Shown in pieces: positions 59,161 through 64,000 of a stretch of DNA of 64,000 nt; within the stretch, counting starts at the first letter, position 1; every line of letters begins with the position of its first letter. A program made the position numbers and the translations under genes. The notes under the pieces are model-generated. The model did not search any database. It saw nothing but the letters and a program-made list of their open reading frames with translations, and was not told the DNA's origin. This DNA comes from the human T2T-CHM13v2.0 reference genome, Homo sapiens, in the NCBI RefSeq assembly GCF_009914755.1, contig NC_060939.1; one strand, given 5' to 3'.

Positions 59161-62100
59161 TCCTAGAATGATCACAACTAGAACACGAAAATGTCCGCAA
59201 CTAGGATGGATCTCTTGTATCTTTCCAATGGAGCATCAAAAACATATGTCCTAAGGATCTCCTTATTCCCAGAGCCCAGAATTCGCCCATGAGTTTCCCT
59301 TAATTCCACCATCCAGAGTCTCAGTCTTGGAGACCATGCTCTTCTTCCACCCCCTTTGAGACCTCCTTGGTGATTCATTCAAAAGTCAAAGAGACATGGT
59401 GGTTCCAAAACAGATGGAGATCTTGCCCAATGTCCCTTTGCTCTGTTAAGTATATGTTAGGAGAACTCATGTGAAGGAAAATGTTGGAATCACCTAATGT
59501 CCCATGTCCTTAGCTAGCATCAGGATCTTTTCCCTTCCATGGAGTCATTTATTCATTCATGCAGCTACTTGATATCTTACTCAAGGCTCTCCACTAAAGA
59601 TGATAAGACCTAGTTTCTGTCCTTCACTGTTGTGTTTATATTCTACTTAAGAGGTTATTCCAGAAGCTCTTACACAAGGTGGAAGCAGTCAAGTGCCATT
59701 AAAGAGATTTGACTAATTAACTCCAGGAGTTTAGAGGTCTACAGCTCCAAATTTAAGAATTATGGGAGTGGAAGTGGGAACATTTATAGTATTTGGATAT
59801 GCTTAAACAAGCAACAGAGGGGTTATCTCAGGCAGAGAGAACCGTTATTCAAAGACACAATGTTAAAATCACAAGTGATCTAGTCTAGCTGGAAGGGTGC
59901 AGAAAGAAAGTTGGAAAGGGCCGTTGTCAGATCATAGAGGACCTGGACTCCCAGAATGAGAATTTTGGCTTTTCTTCTGCTCCCTGTTTTGTAGGTTATA
60001 GGGAGTAGCAAAGTATTTGGGGCAGAAGTTTGGCAGGTTTAGAATGTCAATTTAGCAAAATTAATCTGGCATCATCCTATAAGACTGATTGAAAAAGGAG
60101 AGAGTGGGGAAGTAGAAACCCATTAGGAAAGAGCAGGGTTGGCTGGTAATCCTCAACCAAAAATTTCTCCCCAAAACCTTTGAGGGACAACAGGCTTCCA
60201 AAGTGTTCTTAGAGTGTCTCATTTCCTCAGAGTTCTATATTCAAGGGAAATCCCTCAGTAGATATCCTAGCTTGGACCTACACCTAAGGTCTTAGAAAAA
60301 AAACAAGGCTACCTTGTTCCCAGGTCCCCATGTACTCCTGAACGGCAAGCAGTGGAATGATGGCAGGTACAGCGAGATGCCAGAGGGTTTGATGAGGGCA
60401 AGAGTCAACAGACCCTGGCCAAAGACTCTTGGTTTTTCCTTTAAATGTTAAGATGTTTCCCATCAAATTTCTCTCCACTTATTCACATTGTTAATGACTT
60501 AATCAGTGAAAGCTCTCAGGAGTATTATTAAATTTTTCAAATAGTTGGCCCAAAGTATTGAATCCCTAAAGATGGTCCTTTAGACAGTTAACATACACAT
60601 GTTCCTGGCATCTCCCGAATCATAGTGTGCAAATGATCACTATTTGTGTGCATATAGGACTAGGCTAGGCAGGTAACCACATCTGAGCGCCTCCATTTGT
60701 GACTTGTGAACCTGATACAACATGTCCAATCTGATAAAAGAAAAAGCATCCAGCCAGTGAAGAGGACATGTACCCTGGCTGATATCTTGGACCTTCATCT
60801 GCTAAATGACAGGAAGAAATTTGCCATAAAAGGAAATGATGGACCCAACAGGTAGCTTATACTCCCTTCATGTTTTGACCTCTAGAGAAGACTTCAAGTC
60901 TTTACAGCCAAACGGGAGAGGCAGCCACCCTCCATGTGCCTCCCCTAGAAAAATCCATCTGGATTTGGGGCCTGGGGAAGGGCACTGTGAGGGCGGCCGA
61001 GTACAGCATCCTCGCTGCCGTGTGGTAAGAGTGACATCTGGTGGCTGCCATGCTCAGGCTCAGTGCTCTTCCATCAACCCTGCAAGGGCAATGGAGGACT
61101 TCGGAGACCACTTAGGTGCCCCAGGTGGAAGGGACCATGCAGATGAAGGAAATGGAGCTCACGATGGGGAATGGGGGTTTGATTTGCTCAAAGACCTTCT
61201 AGATAATCTTGAGATTAGACTTAGTCTCCTGGATTCTAGGACAGGGTTCTTGTGTCCTGCTTATTTCCTTTATCGTTCTTTCTAATCAAAGTTTGAGATA
61301 TACAAAAGGCCACATGGAACATATGTGTAGTTATTCAGCATAATGATGAAAAGAAAAGCTATGGGTCCTTCTAGAATCCAACTAGAACACTGAAATTCTT
61401 ACATGCCTCTGGGTACTCCTCTTGTCTCCCATCCCCTCTGCATTTATCCTGAAGTTTTGTGTTTACCATTCCCCCGCTTTTTAAAAATACTTTTATCTTA
61501 AATGTATATATCCTTAAACAATATACTGTATAATTTGTTTGCTTTCCTGATCCTTTCTAAGAAATTATTTACATGGATTTTCTCTCTCCAAAGAAGATGG
61601 TGACAACTCACAAAGATACCTGCTTTTCCCCAGAACTATAGCTTTGCTGTAATGTACTAACATTGAGGATTTCTGGAAGAGAGAGAGCCATGGCATGACA
61701 GCCTTATCAGAGGGTAGCCTCAAGCTAAGATCTTAAAAAATAAGTACTGATTTAAATTATATTTAGAAGGCAATTCACACATCCACCTTAGATTTTTTAA
61801 AAATTCATTCATTCATTGAAAAACATTTCCTGATTGATTAGTTTGATTGTCCTCATACACTAATGATGCCCAGGAATCTCTCCACATTCTGCTTGTAATC
61901 CACAGGAATCATTATTTCAGGATGAGGGAAAGGCAATTCTGAATAATTGACCTGAACTTTCTTAGGGGCCCTCAATCTTAACGATGGGCTCAGGCACTAT
62001 ATTTTATAAAAAGAAAATAAATAAGACATAATATCTCACAAATATTAGTAGGACAATTAAATAGATCATCTGAAATCAGGTGTAGTGGAAAGTCAAGGAT

Positions 62101-62261
62101 GGCAGTTGCCATGCTGCACTGAGCCCCCCTTATACTTAGCTCTTGCTGAGTTAAGAGGGAACCATGAGTGTGAGAAAGACTAACAAGTGAGTGAAAAAAC
62201 TAGACAGTAATACCAGGAGGAAGGCCAAGAAATGTATCACTAATTTCTTGTTTGATTTCAG

Positions 62262-62436
62262 AGCTGGAAACAACTTCTGGTGGATTCCTGTAGTGGGCCC
62301 TTTGGTTGGTGCTGTCATTGGAGGCCTCATCTATGTTCTTGTCATTGAAATCCACCATCCAGAGCCTGACTCAGTCTTTAAGGCAGAACAATCTGAGGAC
62401 AAACCAGAGAAATATGAACTCAGTGTCATCATGTAG
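62262..62436 (+). CDS. AQP9: AQP9 coding exon 6 (to stop codon)
   Basis: ttcag|AGCTGGAAACAACTTCTGGTGG; AGNNFWWIPVVGP...KYELSVIM*. Confidence 0.97.
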
Positions 62437-64000
62437 TGGCATGCTCAGCTCTGGATTTGCAGTCAGTTTGGGATTCTCTTCAGAAAGATGGCATCTAAGT
62501 GTCTGTGTTCTTGTAAGCCTGAGGTGGAATCCACCCAGTTTTGTCTGCTAGCCATATGGGACATCTAATTGGAAAAGCATCTGCATAAAAGTTTGGAAAC
62601 AATGACCACTTCTCTACCATTGTCCCCCACCCCCACCCCCCAGAATAACGCTGACTGTCCCCTGAAACAGCCTTCTCTCCTGCCCTGTTTATTTCATCCT
62701 CGATGGGAATTCTTGCTAGGTAAGCACTAATAACTCGGCATCTTGACGATAGTCCCATTTGGGTGGTTTCAGCTGCACTATCTGTATGAAATGGTGTCAC
62801 CAAAACCCTTTTCTTCAGTATCGACAAAGATTACATTCTGAGTACCAACCAAACCCTAAATTGAAAGACAAAACTATGGTTTCAGTCAACATATTCATGA
62901 ATTAGGGAGCTAATGGGTTAAGCTTCCAGTTCCCGCTATGCTACTGGATTTGTATAAATACTGATATTCTCCAAACCTAGTGGTGTAGGGAGCAAGAGAA
63001 TGCAGCTGGAAGGCACAAGGGGAGGACATTGTGGCATTCAGAAACTGCAGGAGACAAGATGAATTTGAGAAGCCAAATGGAATTTTTAATGGAAACCATT
63101 TATCAGATTAATCTCTTGCTCTCCTGCATTTTAGAGGACACCAATTAATTTCCTGGTCTTTAGTATATAATAACCTAAAATACCATTGTAACCTCAGTCA
63201 TGAAAAATACATCACTCTGTCTTTTTAGCTCAAATGTATTTTCCTAATTGCCCACTTGAGAACAGACATTTGACAAGTTATATCAACGACTGTGCTTGTC
63301 CATTATTTTACACATGCCCTAGAAGCCAAAACTGAAAGCCACTGGATCCTGGTCTAGCTGAATCTTCAGAGTGGGAGGTCTCCAAAAAGATATTACCTTA
63401 TTGGGCTTAACAATTCACAAGGCACTTTCACACCCATTATCTAATTTAATCCTCATAATGACTATGTGAGGCAAATGCCACATTGCCCATTTTTCAGATA
63501 AAGAAACAAAATCTTAGGGAAGATAAGTTGAGTTGTCCAAGAGCACACTGAAAGTTGAATGTTATCTAATGCATTCCTCTACCTTTCAGAAGATCAGTAG
63601 CTGGCTGAGAATCTTTGCCAAATCTTCCTTGCTAGCCAGAAGTGGAATTGGCAGCTTCTAGAATATGTACACCTCTGGACAAAATGTTCCTCAATCTTAA
63701 GATACAAAGACCCTCATTGTCTGGGTCTATTCCCACACTTACTGAGTACAGATGAAGGAAAGTGGTAGCAATTTAATCATAACTTTCATTTGCTGAAAAA
63801 CATTATGAGAAGGCCTCCCTTCCTAAGCCACCTCTGGTCTTGCTAAGTCTTGATCTTGCTTCCTGCCAGCACCAAACATTACATTCAGGGGATTTCCTCT
63901 GGCTCAGTCTTTTCCCCTTGAAGTTCTCTAATAGATGTTACTTTTGACAAAAGATCGCCTATGAGTTACAAGCACCAGGGGATGCTCTACATCAAGGGAT
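62437..64000 (+). other. AQP9: AQP9 3'UTR (incomplete; includes a MIR-like piece at ~63420-63580)
   Basis: Follows the stop codon in the terminal exon; no AATAAA seen before the window end. Confidence 0.7.

Noticed and set aside
60836-61285. 149-aa ORF in a GC-richer part of intron 5
   Set aside because: No recognisable domain, splice context, poly(A) tail or TSD suggesting a gene or processed pseudogene

Overview
This is human (primate) genomic DNA containing the complete coding sequence of AQP9 (aquaglyceroporin-9) on the + strand. Six coding exons (16863-62436) splice to 888 nt, giving 295 aa with two NPA motifs; the 3'UTR runs off the window end. About 6.8 kb upstream of the ATG is a full-length L1PA2-type LINE-1 (4029-10063) with a 10-bp TSD and both ORFs open, nested in an ancient L1M. 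Its antisense ORF0 has lost its stop codon and now reads 169 aa out into flanking DNA. The 28-kb first intron holds an old ~6.4-kb NUMT running from COX3 to the D-loop, with 7 tRNA pseudogenes and several internal deletions. The NUMT is fused directly to a truncated ERV LTR whose TATA box points into it. The rest is typical interspersed repeat (Alu, L2, MIR, MaLR/ERV LTRs, hAT and Tigger MITEs) and microsatellites. I found no convincingly novel multi-gene system; the best leads are the ORF0 read-through allele, the intact L1PA2 and the LTR-NUMT junction. Repeat subfamily names and reference comparisons come from recalled consensus sequences, not from a database search.
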